A stretch of DNA of 64,000 nt from an uncultured Gemmatimonadaceae bacterium. Its GTDB lineage: Bacteria > Gemmatimonadota > Gemmatimonadetes > Gemmatimonadales > Gemmatimonadaceae. The notes under the pieces were generated by a model. The model made no database searches. It was not told the DNA's origin and was given only the letters and a program-made list of their open reading frames with translations. Where the stretch lies: NCBI GenBank assembly GCA_963817955.1, contig CAWFQK010000004.1, positions 192,001 to 256,000 of the forward strand, in the 5' to 3' direction. Position 1 is the first letter of the stretch. Each line of letters starts with the position of its first letter. Positions 9,989 to 19,844 of the stretch are shown here, piece by piece. Made by a program: the position numbers and the translations under genes.

Positions 9989-11214
9989 GTACTGCTGAAG
10001 TGACGATCGAGAGCCTCGCTGCCGGCGGCGACGGCATTGCGCGCGACCAGGGCATCGTGATCTTCGTGCCGCGTGCGGCGCCCGGCGATCGCGTGCGGGT
10101 CTCTGTGGACGCGCGCAAACGGTTCGCGCGCGGCACGATTGAGGATTTACTCATCCCGTCGCCGCAGCGCGTCGAGCCTGCCTGCCGCCACTACCGCGCC
10201 GATAAGTGCGGCGGGTGCCAGCTCCAGCATCTCGAGTATGGGGCGCAGCTCGACGCGAAGCGCGCCATCGTCCGCGACGCGATCGTGCGCATAGGCAAAC
10301 AGCCGATCGAGCCGCCGGACATCACGCCCAGCGAGAAGCAGTGGCGGTATCGGCGCAAGCTCACGCTCGCCATGCGGAAGCAGCCGAGCGGGGAATGGGT
10401 GATCGGTCTCCATCCCTATGACGATGCCGTCGGTGTCTTTCAACTCGTTGATTGCCCGATCACCGACGAGCGGGTGATGCACGTCTGGTCCCAGGTGATG
10501 GCGGCGCACCGCCATTTTCCGCCCGCGGACGAACTGCGTGCTTCCGTGCTCGTGACGGACGAGGGCGCATCCGTGGTGATGGAGGGTGGCAATGACTGGC
10601 CGGATCGCGCGGCGTTCTTCGTCGCCGTCCCGGACGCCGCGACGCTCTGGTGGAAGCCGTTGCATCGCGCGCGGGCGTTGGTTGCGCAGCGGGGGGAAGG
10701 GAACGCGCCCGCATTCTTCGCGCAGGTGAATGAATCGGTCGGACGCGCGCTGCACGAATACGTGCTGGCCCGCACGCTCTTCTACACGCCGGCGCGAGTG
10801 ATCGACGCCTACGCCGGCGCCGGTGCCACGGCCATTCCGCTCGCGCAGGGCGGCGTGCGGGTCATTGCGATCGAGTCTGACCGCGCCGCCGCGGCGCGCT
10901 GCTCGGCGCTCATGCCGAAAGGATCGCGGATGATCGTTGGGCGCGTCGAGGACTCGATCAGCTCCGTGCTCCCGGCCGACGTCATACTGGTCAACCCGCC
11001 GCGAACCGGCATTCACGAAAACGTCGCCGAGGCGCTGCAGACGGTGACCCAACCGCCACGTGCCGTCATCTACGTGAGCTGTGATCCCGCAACGTTGGCC
11101 CGCGACCTGACGCGGATGCCGCGCTATCGTATTGCCTCGCTCCGTGCGTTCGACATGTTCCCACAGACGGCGCATGTTGAAACAGTATGCGAACTCGTGC
11201 CGGATGCTGTATGA
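9985..11214 (+). CDS. 23S rRNA uracil-C5 methyltransferase, RlmD/TrmA family with TRAM domain
   Basis: N-terminal TRAM domain, C..CGGCQLQH Fe-S motif, NPPRTG, YVSCDPATLARD, DMFPQTAHVE. Confidence 0.88.
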   Translation: MSTAEVTIESLAAGGDGIARDQGIVIFVPRAAPGDRVRVSVDARKRFARGTIEDLLIPSPQRVEPACRHYRADKCGGCQLQHLEYGAQLDAKRAIVRDAIVRIGKQPIEPPDITPSEKQWRYRRKLTLAMRKQPSGEWVIGLHPYDDAVGVFQLVDCPITDERVMHVWSQVMAAHRHFPPADELRASVLVTDEGASVVMEGGNDWPDRAAFFVAVPDAATLWWKPLHRARALVAQRGEGNAPAFFAQVNESVGRALHEYVLARTLFYTPARVIDAYAGAGATAIPLAQGGVRVIAIESDRAAAARCSALMPKGSRMIVGRVEDSISSVLPADVILVNPPRTGIHENVAEALQTVTQPPRAVIYVSCDPATLARDLTRMPRYRIASLRAFDMFPQTAHVETVCELVPDAV

Positions 11215-11711
11215 AATATTATGTGCGGCTCGATGGCGCCGAGCACGAGGTGGAGCTGGATGCCAACGGTGTGCATCTCGACGGCGAGGACGTGTCGGCG
11301 CAGGTCGCGTCGATCGACGGCACGCCGGTACGTCTGGTGACGATCGGCAACGAGGTCCATCGTGTCATCGTGCGGCCCGGCGCTACGCGCGGCAGCTACA
11401 CGCTGTGGCTCGACGGCTATCGCTTTGACGCCGAGGCGCTCGACGAACGCACGCGTGCCATTCGCGAGTTGTCGGGCGCGGCGGCCGGCCCGTCCGGGCC
11501 CGCTCCGCTCAAGGCGCCGATGCCGGGACTGATCGTGCGCATCCACGTCGCGATCGGCGACGAGGTGCAGGCCGGGCAGGGGCTGGTGGTGATGGAGGCG
11601 ATGAAGATGGAGAACGAGCTGCGCACGACAGTTGCCGGCCGGGTGAAGCAGATTGTGGTGACGCCGGGAATCGCCGTCGAGAAGGGCGCAATACTCATCG
11701 AGCTCGAATGA
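11211..11711 (+). CDS. biotin carboxyl carrier protein
   Basis: APMPG and EAMKMENE biotinylation motif. Confidence 0.92.
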   Translation: MKYYVRLDGAEHEVELDANGVHLDGEDVSAQVASIDGTPVRLVTIGNEVHRVIVRPGATRGSYTLWLDGYRFDAEALDERTRAIRELSGAAAGPSGPAPLKAPMPGLIVRIHVAIGDEVQAGQGLVVMEAMKMENELRTTVAGRVKQIVVTPGIAVEKGAILIELE

Positions 11712-12595
11712 CAGGGAGAGTCCGCATGCGTAGATCCTCGCTGTGCTTTGCCGTGCTGCTGGCATCTGCCGCGGTGCTGGGCGCTCAGGCGCCGAGCACC
11801 GACATCTATCTGGCGCCGTTGACGGTGAGCGGAGGCCGCGTCACCGTCGGCACGCCGATCAACGTCACACACCGGCCCGGCTACGACAACCAGCCGTCGT
11901 TCACGCCCGACAGCCGTTCCGTGTTGTTCACGTCCGTTCACGAGGATGCGCAGTCCGACATCTACCGGTACGACATCGCGTCCCAGTCGATTGCGCGTGT
12001 GACGAGTACGCCGGAGAGCGAGTACTCCGCCACCGTCATGCCCGGCGGCAAGCGCTTCTCTGTGATTCGCGTGGAGCGGGACTCGACGCAGCGTCTGTGG
12101 AGCTTCGCGCTCGACGGCACGGACCCGCGCATCGTCATCGAGTCATTGAAGCCCGTGGGCTATCATGCGTGGCTCGACGCCAACACGCTGGTGATGTTCG
12201 TGCTCGGCCGTCCGAACGCGCTCGTCCGCGCGGACCTGCGAACCGGGAAACTGGATACACTCGCACGCAACATCGGCCGCTCGCTCGCGCCGCTGCCCGA
12301 CCGAAGTGGATTCTCTTATGTTCGGCTGCACGACTCGACGGCGACCCTCGTGGCAATGCACACGCAAGGCGGCACCACCGACCTCGTCTCCATGCCCCGT
12401 GGTACCGAGGACATTGCGTGGCTGTCGAACGGAACCGTGCTCGCCGCCTCGGGGAGCGCGCTGCTGTCGTGGCACGACGGACAGAAGGGCTGGACCCCGA
12501 TTGCCGACCTCGCGGGCGCCGGGCTTACACGCATGAGCCGAGTTGCCGTGAGCCCGGACGGGAAGTGGATCGCGATCGTGAGCGCGGAGCGGTAG
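11708..12595 (+). CDS. secreted TolB/PD40-like beta-propeller protein (start possibly 11726)
   Basis: Signal peptide, GYDNQPSFTPD, AVSPDGKWIAIV repeats. Confidence 0.7.
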   Translation: MTGRVRMRRSSLCFAVLLASAAVLGAQAPSTDIYLAPLTVSGGRVTVGTPINVTHRPGYDNQPSFTPDSRSVLFTSVHEDAQSDIYRYDIASQSIARVTSTPESEYSATVMPGGKRFSVIRVERDSTQRLWSFALDGTDPRIVIESLKPVGYHAWLDANTLVMFVLGRPNALVRADLRTGKLDTLARNIGRSLAPLPDRSGFSYVRLHDSTATLVAMHTQGGTTDLVSMPRGTEDIAWLSNGTVLAASGSALLSWHDGQKGWTPIADLAGAGLTRMSRVAVSPDGKWIAIVSAER

Positions 12596-12596
12596 T

Positions 12597-12625
12597 GCGA
12601 CACGGGACACGAGACACGGGACACG
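12597..12625. repeat. heptamer tandem repeat (CGGGACA/CGAGACA)
   Basis: GCGACACGGGACACGAGACACGGGACACG directly after the stop codon. Confidence 0.8.
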
Positions 12626-12632
12626 CGATGAC

Positions 12633-12660
12633 TGTCATCCTGAGCAACGCGAAGGATCTC
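12633..12660. repeat. REP-like short palindromic element
   Basis: TGTCATCCTGAGCAACGCGAAGGATCTC resembles the GTCATCCTGAGC..GCGAAGGATCT extragenic repeat type. Confidence 0.55.
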
Positions 12661-12730
12661 CGGGACCGGAGCGCTAACGGCGCGAACGACTGAGGTTGGT
12701 CCGGCGCGGTTACGCGCCGGACCTAGTCAA

Positions 12731-12910
12731 TTACGCAGCCGGCGGCGTTTGGTCTCGCCGCGCCCGGAACACGCGCACGGCCCCTGCGAGCATCAACAGC
12801 CCTCCGGCAATGAGGCCCAACTTGCTCGATCGCGTGCCGTGATTGGTGATGGTGACCCACAGCGCGCCGATGAACACCATTGGCATGCCTGTGATGTGGT
12901 TCCGGTGCAT
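12731..12910 (-). CDS. small 59-aa membrane protein (not in the ORF track)
   Basis: MHRNHITGMPMVFIGALWVTITNHGTRSSKLGLIAGGLLMLAGAVRVFRARRDQTPPAA*; AGGAG 6 nt before ATG; two hydrophobic segments and a basic tail. Confidence 0.6.
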   Translation of the reverse strand: MHRNHITGMPMVFIGALWVTITNHGTRSSKLGLIAGGLLMLAGAVRVFRARRDQTPPAA

Positions 12911-13072
12911 GGAGTGCTCCTGGGAAAGGTGTCAGCTTGACGCCGGGCGCTGCGGTGGGCGGTCGCCACAATATGTATGACTGATTTACGGCACGCGAGA
13001 TACGAGATACGATGTAGCGTTGTCGACCAGCGCCGGCTTCTCGCACCGGTCGGCGAGTTTCGGGTTGCCATT

Positions 13073-13678
13073 TCAGCGTCCCGTGTCTCGTGTCCCGTGT
13101 CCCGTGTCCCTTCCCTCATCGACATCCGCCTGCCGTTGCATTGCTTCCGTCCAGTTGATGGTCGGCGCAACCTCGTCGTCGGCTAACTCGAGCGCGGCGC
13201 GCGCGCGTTCGACCACCGGCGCACCGAGGGCGGGCGGGAGCGACAACCCGAACTCCAACTCCGCGCGGCGACAGATCCGCTCCTCGTGCGGCAGATCACG
13301 CGTCTCCTGGCGCACGCCCATGCGATGTGCCCGGGCGTGCATCCCCTCGTGAACGATCGAAGATGCCACGGTGGCGGCGGTGATATCTCGTCGGGCGAGA
13401 AACGTGAGCTCAGTGATGCACGCGCGTTCTGCCGGGATGTACGCTCCTCGACAGGGGAAGCGAACGACCGCGAAGTGACGCAGGTCGCGACGCAGATGCT
13501 CGGCGCGCCATGGCTGATGATGCTCGATCAGCGCGATCGCTTCGTCCAGACGCGCGAGGACGTCGGCCGTCGCAATGTCAGGCCGGGTGTTCTCGACGAC
13601 AACACGAAAGCCACGCACGGCGTGTGCCTCCGTGCGTGAAACGCCGAGCCAGCGCAGAAACTTGTCTGTCGCGCTCAT
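13073..13678 (-). CDS. hypothetical protein with HExxH motif (putative zincin metallopeptidase)
   Basis: SSIVHEGMHAR...HEERIC; stop/start overlap with the upstream DUF1643 gene; 3' end runs through a heptamer repeat. Confidence 0.7.
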   Translation of the reverse strand: MSATDKFLRWLGVSRTEAHAVRGFRVVVENTRPDIATADVLARLDEAIALIEHHQPWRAEHLRRDLRHFAVVRFPCRGAYIPAERACITELTFLARRDITAATVASSIVHEGMHARAHRMGVRQETRDLPHEERICRRAELEFGLSLPPALGAPVVERARAALELADDEVAPTINWTEAMQRQADVDEGRDTGHGTRDTGR

Positions 13679-14157
13679 CTCTTAGCTTTGAGGTCACGGA
13701 GCTTGGTCGTTGCTCGCAAGTACAGCGGGTGCAACGGCAAGCCTTGTTTCGTCGTTCCCAGGCAGCGCAGCGACCGAAGGAGCGGGAGGACATGTGTATC
13801 GCGATCCTGGTACCGCCCGCCGTTTCCCCATGCGGCTACCGTAACCGCGGCCTCCTCGGACAACCGGACGAGCCAGGAATCGTTTCGCGGACCGACTGGC
13901 TTGGTCGCTAAGTGCATGACGCGCGGCCATGGCGTGCGGTAGGCAAAGAGATTGCCGACGAGTAGCTGTCCGAAGCCCCAATCGCGCGCAAACCGAATGC
14001 AGCGCCGAATAGTGGGGTCGTCGATCCGGTGATCCGCCGTCGAGGGATTCAACCCGATGAACAAGATCGCTGGCTTGTCGGGGGCCCAGACTCTCCGAAG
14101 GACATAGCGATATTGCCGGTCGCGCGAGAACACTGCCGAACGCAACACGAGATGCAA
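13675..14157 (-). CDS. DUF1643 domain protein (start uncertain)
   Basis: AVFS..RQYRYVLRRVW, FIGLNPSTAD..DDPTIRRC..FA..WG, NLFAYR, AAWG, HPLYL. Confidence 0.85.
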   Translation of the reverse strand: MHLVLRSAVFSRDRQYRYVLRRVWAPDKPAILFIGLNPSTADHRIDDPTIRRCIRFARDWGFGQLLVGNLFAYRTPWPRVMHLATKPVGPRNDSWLVRLSEEAAVTVAAWGNGGRYQDRDTHVLPLLRSLRCLGTTKQGLPLHPLYLRATTKLRDLKAKR

Positions 14158-14217
14158 CGAGGTTCAGGGTTGTCTCATTCTCCCGCGGCCGATCCGCGAT
14201 TCACGACCGCCGTCTGC

Positions 14218-14853
14218 TTACGGATTACCCGCGTAGAGAGAATCGAGCAGGCGGACGTACTGCGCCAGCGGCAACAATCCCATCCGAGCACGCCGCGCGT
14301 CCACGCTTGCGGAGTCGCCAATGGGTCTGAGGACGACGCGCCCATCCGCGATGCCGGCTTGGGACCCGTACACCTGCGGCAGGCCCCGGGCGCTGGCAAG
14401 GCGGTCCGTGAGCAGTGCGACTTGCTGACCCTCGGCATCGCCAGACGCGTACGCCTGCTCCAGGAGCGGGAGAACGAGCGCCTGGAAGGCAGTATCGCGG
14501 TCGGCGTGCTGCACGAGGAGAAACGCGGCATTGGCCCCGTCCGCGCCGACGGCGGAGCGGCCCGGCCAGCCGTGCGCAGTCACGACGCCCATGAGCCACT
14601 CCGTGTTCGCGGTATCAACCGTGATGAGGCGTTCGACGTCGAGGGAGTCCAGCGCCAGACCCTCACTCTGCTTCTTCGCGAGGTCGATTCGAACCGCTTG
14701 ATCTGCCGCGAGGCGCGTCAACAGTTCCCGACGCAACGGTCCGTCCGGCGAGGGCATTGCCAGGCTGCCGGCGGCGACGGATAGCTGACCAGTATGCGGT
14801 GCGGCGCAGGCAAACAGGAGGACACCGGACAGGAGACACGCGACACGGGACAT
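14218..14853 (-). CDS. DUF6624-like putative lipoprotein
   Basis: LLFAC lipobox; DQAVR, HGWPGRSAVG..GA.AAFLLVQHAD, LTDR...QVYGSQ, VDARRARMGL. Confidence 0.75.
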   Translation of the reverse strand: MSRVACLLSGVLLFACAAPHTGQLSVAAGSLAMPSPDGPLRRELLTRLAADQAVRIDLAKKQSEGLALDSLDVERLITVDTANTEWLMGVVTAHGWPGRSAVGADGANAAFLLVQHADRDTAFQALVLPLLEQAYASGDAEGQQVALLTDRLASARGLPQVYGSQAGIADGRVVLRPIGDSASVDARRARMGLLPLAQYVRLLDSLYAGNP

Positions 14854-14952
14854 GGGACACGGGAGACGCAATTGAAACAGCTTCATCGCTGGTCGAATCG
14901 CTCGCATTCGTCGTAGTCGCAGTTGAATGGTTGATGCCTGCATGGCGAGCCG

Positions 14953-15672
14953 TTATCGCTCCGGTGCCGCGAGCGCATCCACCGACATGAATACGTTAAT
15001 CACGCCGCGGGATTTCAGGTCGCCTTCATATCCAAGATAATGATGCATGGCCTCCAGACGATCCGTCCACTCGGCAGCCGACTGCGGATCGCCCACACCC
15101 GTGTCGCCGTAGAAATACAGGCACACGAGCCACGCCGTCACCCCGCGCTCACGGAAGAATTCCAGGTGAGCCAGACGGGCTGCATACTGAAAATATTCGC
15201 GCGACCAATCCTCGGCGTGTGCGCCGAGCGCCGCTTTGGTGTGCGCGAGAGCAGCGTCGATGCGGACTCGTGACTTCTCGGCCGCGCCGCAATGCGACGT
15301 GAGCTCGTTGAAGTTCGTCTTTGCCTCGACCAGGACCACCTGCTTTCCGGACGCGTTGCCAAGCGCGTCCCACTGTGGACCACCTGGTGCCCAGAATGCC
15401 TTGAGATCTGGTATCAACTGTGGCATTTCGAGGTGCAGCAACGTTCCGGCATCCCGGTACTCCGCCCATTGGTCGCGCTGTCGCGGCGAAATCCACTCGA
15501 TCGTCCAATCCGGCGTTTCGCCGAGGCTCCCCCGAACGGCGTCAGTGAGCAGCGCCGGGTGGAACTCGATCAGTCGCTGAATCCATTTCCGACTGCCGCT
15601 GGTGCCAAGCTGCTGAGGAACTCTTTGCTGGATAAACATGACGGCCTGGTTGAATAGCGTAATCTCACTCAC
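14953..15672 (-). CDS. hypothetical protein, PD-(D/E)xK nuclease-like (start GTG 15672 or ATG 15639)
   Basis: PQWDALG...VVLVEAK and FQYAARLAHL segments; long ORF immediately downstream of phoU. Confidence 0.65.
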   Translation of the reverse strand: MSEITLFNQAVMFIQQRVPQQLGTSGSRKWIQRLIEFHPALLTDAVRGSLGETPDWTIEWISPRQRDQWAEYRDAGTLLHLEMPQLIPDLKAFWAPGGPQWDALGNASGKQVVLVEAKTNFNELTSHCGAAEKSRVRIDAALAHTKAALGAHAEDWSREYFQYAARLAHLEFFRERGVTAWLVCLYFYGDTGVGDPQSAAEWTDRLEAMHHYLGYEGDLKSRGVINVFMSVDALAAPER

Positions 15673-15694
15673 GTCGCCACGCCGGGCCAGTTCT

Positions 15695-16393
15695 TCAGCG
15701 TTTCTCCTCTGCGTGATGCTTGATCTGCTTGCCCTCGGCCAGGAACACGGCATCCTCGCCGATATTGGTCGCCAGGTCGGCCACGCGCTCGAGATTCCGG
15801 CTCACCAGCAGCAGCTCGAGCGACGGCGTGATGGTCCGTGCGTCCTCCATCATATGGGTGATGAGGATGCGAAAGACCGAGTTGTGCAGCGCGTCCACCT
15901 CGTCATCGGCGCGGCACACCTGGCGGCCCAACGTCCCATCGGCGCGCACGAAGGCGGTGAGGCTGTCGTGCAGCATCTGCCGCGCCCGGCGCGACATCTC
16001 GCCAATCTCGGGGTCCGGTGGGATCGTCGCGGCCGATTCGGCCAGGCGGCGCGCGCTCTGTGCGATGTTCACCGCATGATCGCCGACACGCTCGAGATCG
16101 TTCGCAACCTTGATCGCCGAGATGATGAAGCGGAGATCGCGCGCCATTGGTTGCTGCAGCGCCAGCAGCGCAATCGCCTTGTCCTCGATCTCCAGCTCGA
16201 GCGCGTCGATCTCGCGGTCGCCGGTCACGACGGCATCGGCCATCCCCTGATCTCTATTCCGCAGCGCGTCCACGGAGAGGTCGAGCAGCGAGGTCGCCAG
16301 ATCGGACATATCGAGCAGACGCTGCTTGAGATGCCCGAGCTGATCGTGAAAATGACGGAATCCACCGGGCGCGCCGGTCTCTGGAAGGGTCAT
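15695..16393 (-). CDS. phoU: phosphate signalling complex protein PhoU
   Basis: [37 protein letters not shown]. Confidence 0.96.
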   Translation of the reverse strand: MTLPETGAPGGFRHFHDQLGHLKQRLLDMSDLATSLLDLSVDALRNRDQGMADAVVTGDREIDALELEIEDKAIALLALQQPMARDLRFIISAIKVANDLERVGDHAVNIAQSARRLAESAATIPPDPEIGEMSRRARQMLHDSLTAFVRADGTLGRQVCRADDEVDALHNSVFRILITHMMEDARTITPSLELLLVSRNLERVADLATNIGEDAVFLAEGKQIKHHAEEKR

Positions 16394-17190
16394 CCGAATC
16401 TCCCGGTAATGTAGGCTTCGGTGCGATCGTTGGTCGGGCTGGTGAATATGCGGTCCGTGGGACCGGATTCGACGAGTTGCCCGAGATAGAAGAAAGCTGT
16501 CCGGTCGGAGACGCGTGCCGCCTGCTGGAGATTGTGCGTGACGATCACGATAGTGAGGTCGCGCTTGAGCTCATACACGAGCTCCTCCACTTTCTGGGTC
16601 GCGATTGGATCGAGCGCGCTCGCCGGCTCGTCGAGCAGCAAGACCTCCGGCTCGTTTGCCAGCGCACGGGCAATGCACAGACGTTGCTGCTGGCCGCCCG
16701 AGAGACTGAGCGCGCTCTCGCGCAGGCGGTCTTTCACCTCATCCCACAGGACGGCGCGCTGCAGCGCCGACTCCACGATGATATCGAGATCTGGACCCTT
16801 CCGAAGGCCATTCGTTTTCGGCCCGTAGGCCACGTTCTCGTAGATGGACTTCGGAAAGGGATTCGAGCGCTGGAATACCATGCCCACGCGCCGTCGCAGT
16901 GCCACGGGATCCATGTCGCGGCTGTAGACGTCGGTGCCATCGAGACGCATTGCGCCTTCGTGCCGCACGCCGACAAGCAGCGTGTTCAGGCGATTGATCG
17001 AGCGCAGGAACGTCGATTTGCCGCAGCCCGATGGGCCGATGAGCGCCGTCACCGAGCGCGGATGCGCCGTGAGCGTGATGTCGAACAGGGCCTGCTTCTC
17101 GCCATACCAAAAGGAGAAGTGCTCGGCACATACTTCGCCGCCGTCCGTCGGCCCGGCAAGTGGCTCCACGTCCATTGCTGGTGCGGTCAT
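16390..17190 (-). CDS. pstB: phosphate ABC transporter ATP-binding protein (copy 2)
   Basis: [35 protein letters not shown]. Confidence 0.95.
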   Translation of the reverse strand: MTAPAMDVEPLAGPTDGGEVCAEHFSFWYGEKQALFDITLTAHPRSVTALIGPSGCGKSTFLRSINRLNTLLVGVRHEGAMRLDGTDVYSRDMDPVALRRRVGMVFQRSNPFPKSIYENVAYGPKTNGLRKGPDLDIIVESALQRAVLWDEVKDRLRESALSLSGGQQQRLCIARALANEPEVLLLDEPASALDPIATQKVEELVYELKRDLTIVIVTHNLQQAARVSDRTAFFYLGQLVESGPTDRIFTSPTNDRTEAYITGRFG

Positions 17191-17978
17191 CCGAACCTGC
17201 CGGTGATGTAGGCTTCCGTCCGCGGATCGCGCGGAGCGGTGAAGATGGTGTTCGTGGGCGCGTCTTCCACGAGCTCGCCGGACAGCATGAACGCTGTGCG
17301 ATCGGAGATGCGCGCCGCCTGCTGCATGTTGTGCGTCACGATGATGATCGTGACGTCCGATTTGAGCTCGTACACCAGCTCTTCGACTTTCTGCGAGCTG
17401 AGTGGGTCGAGTGACGCGGTCGGCTCGTCGAGCAGCAACACCTTGGGCGACGTTGCCAGTGCACGCGCGATACACAGCCGCTGTTGCTGTCCGCCTGACA
17501 ACGCGATGGCGCTCGCGTGCAGCCGGTCCTTTACTTCGTCCCACAATGCCGCCCGGCGCAGCGTGCGTTCAACGAGTTCGTTGGTCTCGCGACGCGAGGG
17601 ACGTTCGCCGCGATCGATCACTTTGAGTCCCGCCGCCACGTTGTCGCGGATCGACATGGTCGGAAAGGGGGTCGGCCGCTGAAAGACCATACCGACGTGC
17701 CGGCGTACGGCGATTGCGCTGACGTCGGACCCATAGATGTCGCGTCCCTCGAAGCGCACCTCGCCCTCGGCGCGCGCCCCGGGCACGGTCTCGTGCATGC
17801 GATTGAGGCACCGGAGGAGCGTGGACTTGCCGCACCCCGAGGGTCCGATGATCGCCGTTACGCGTCCGGCGGCCACGCCGAACGAGACGTCGCGCACGAC
17901 ACGCGAGGCACCAAAATACGCGTCGAGCCCGACGGTCTCCACACAGTAGACCTCGCCGCGAGCTGCGGTCTCAGTCAC
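17187..17978 (-). CDS. pstB: phosphate ABC transporter ATP-binding protein (copy 1)
   Basis: [33 protein letters not shown] start approximate. Confidence 0.93.
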   Translation of the reverse strand: MTETAARGEVYCVETVGLDAYFGASRVVRDVSFGVAAGRVTAIIGPSGCGKSTLLRCLNRMHETVPGARAEGEVRFEGRDIYGSDVSAIAVRRHVGMVFQRPTPFPTMSIRDNVAAGLKVIDRGERPSRRETNELVERTLRRAALWDEVKDRLHASAIALSGGQQQRLCIARALATSPKVLLLDEPTASLDPLSSQKVEELVYELKSDVTIIIVTHNMQQAARISDRTAFMLSGELVEDAPTNTIFTAPRDPRTEAYITGRFG

Positions 17979-18900
17979 CACCGAGCCCGAAACGTGAGCG
18001 GGTGGCGAAGCGTGCGACCAGGCTGATGACGAGAACGAGTGCGAGGAGGACGAGTGCGCCGGCCCAGGCCTGCTTGTGCCAGTCTTCATACGGGGAAATG
18101 GCGTAAGTGTAGATCTGCATGGGAAGCGCGGCGATCGGCTGTGTGGGAGACACCGACCAGAAGTTGTTGCCGAACGCAGTGAAGATGAGCGGAGCCGTCT
18201 CCCCGGCAATGCGGGCAACGGCAACGAGCGCGCCCGTGACGATGCCGGGCAGTGCCGTGCGCAGCACGATGCCGAGCGACGTGCGCCAATAGGTGTAGCC
18301 GAGCGCCAGCGCCGCCTCTCGCATGGAAATCGGCACCAGGCGGATCATCTCTTCTGTGGTGCGGGTGACGAGCGGAATCATCATCGCGCCGAGGGCGAGA
18401 CCGCCGGCGAGCGCCGAGAAGTGCTTGAATGGACGTACCAGCATTTCCCAGGCGAAAATGCCGAGCACGATGGACGGCAGACCATTCAGCACGTCGGACA
18501 GAAAGCGCACCGCCGTCGCCAGCTTGGCGTCTCGCTGCTCGGCCAGATACAGACCTGCGCCGACGCCGACCGGCAGCCCGATGGCTGACGCGATCGCCAC
18601 GATGATGCCCGTGCCCACGATGGCGTTGGCCATGCCGCCGCCCGACTCACCGGCGGGCGCCGGCATGCTCGTGAAGAAGGTCCAGTTCACCGATGAGGCG
18701 CCCTGTTTGGCGAGATGCCACAGAATGAGGACCAGCGGCAACGTTGCGACGAGTGCGGCGACGTACGTGAGCGTCACCATCGCATAGCTCGTCACGCGCC
18801 GCCGCCGGAGCGAACGGGCTGTGCTCACCGCGAGTAGTTCGCGGTGCGAGCGGCTCGATGCCGGGCCGCGGGTGGACGCTGGCGGCATCGTGGTCATCAT
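17971..18900 (-). CDS. pstA: phosphate ABC transporter permease PstA
   Basis: [27 protein letters not shown]. Confidence 0.95.
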   Translation of the reverse strand: MMTTMPPASTRGPASSRSHRELLAVSTARSLRRRRVTSYAMVTLTYVAALVATLPLVLILWHLAKQGASSVNWTFFTSMPAPAGESGGGMANAIVGTGIIVAIASAIGLPVGVGAGLYLAEQRDAKLATAVRFLSDVLNGLPSIVLGIFAWEMLVRPFKHFSALAGGLALGAMMIPLVTRTTEEMIRLVPISMREAALALGYTYWRTSLGIVLRTALPGIVTGALVAVARIAGETAPLIFTAFGNNFWSVSPTQPIAALPMQIYTYAISPYEDWHKQAWAGALVLLALVLVISLVARFATRSRFGLGGD

Positions 18901-19844
18901 GCCGCTTGCTGCCGAGTCATGCGCCAGACGAGCCAGCGGGCGATGGCATTCACGATGAGCGTGATGACGAACAGCCCCGCGCCCACGGCCATCAGCGCCG
19001 ACACGTGGAGATCGTTGGTTGCTTCGCTGAACTCGTTGGCGATGAGCGATGCCATCGTGTAGCCAGGCTGGAAGATCGACGCCGAAATCTCGGCGCGGTT
19101 GCCGACGACCATGGTCACGGCCATCGTCTCGCCGAGCGCGCGGCCCAGGCCGAGGATGATGCCGCCGACGATCCCCGACCGTGCGAAGGGAAGCACTGCG
19201 TCCCAGATCATTTCCCAGCGCGTGGCGCCGAGCGCCAGGGCAGCTTCACGCTGCGACCGAGGCACGGCCAGCAACACCTCGCGGGTGACCGCGGAGATGT
19301 ATGGCAGAATCATGATGGCGAGGATCAATCCGGCGGCGAGTATGCTAGGCCCGTACGCCGGACCGGAAAAGAGCGGCACGTCGCCGAGGTGCAGCGTGTC
19401 TTTCACGAACGGCATGACATGCGCGCGAAGGAGCGGGACCAGCACGAGAATGCCCCACAATCCGTAGACCACGCTGGGAACGGCGGCGAGCAGGTCGACC
19501 AGGAAGGCGACCGGTTGTCGCAACCACCGCGGGGCGAACTCGGAGAGAAAGATCGCGACGCCCACGGCGAGCGGCGTCGCGATGATCAGGGCGATGATCG
19601 ACGACACCACCGTGCCATAGATGACCGGTGCTGCGCCGAACTTGCCGTTCACCGCGTCCCAGTCGCTGGACGTGAAGAATCCGAAGCCGAACTTCCTCAA
19701 CGCCGGCCACGCCGCGGCAAACACTTCCCATGCGATCAGGCACAGCAGGACCGGAATGACCAGTGCAAACCCGGTCGTGATCCATCGATAGGCACGATCG
19801 GCCTGCGAGGTCCCCCCGATCTTGGAGACAACGCCGTCCTTCAC
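18897..19844 (-). CDS. pstC: phosphate ABC transporter permease PstC
   Basis: LLAAVPSVVYGLWG, GRALGETMAV, TMASLIANEF. Confidence 0.95.
   Translation of the reverse strand: MKDGVVSKIGGTSQADRAYRWITTGFALVIPVLLCLIAWEVFAAAWPALRKFGFGFFTSSDWDAVNGKFGAAPVIYGTVVSSIIALIIATPLAVGVAIFLSEFAPRWLRQPVAFLVDLLAAVPSVVYGLWGILVLVPLLRAHVMPFVKDTLHLGDVPLFSGPAYGPSILAAGLILAIMILPYISAVTREVLLAVPRSQREAALALGATRWEMIWDAVLPFARSGIVGGIILGLGRALGETMAVTMVVGNRAEISASIFQPGYTMASLIANEFSEATNDLHVSALMAVGAGLFVITLIVNAIARWLVWRMTRQQAA

Noticed and set aside
16390..17978. Tandem pstB duplication as a novelty
   Set aside because: Two pstB genes in pst operons are common
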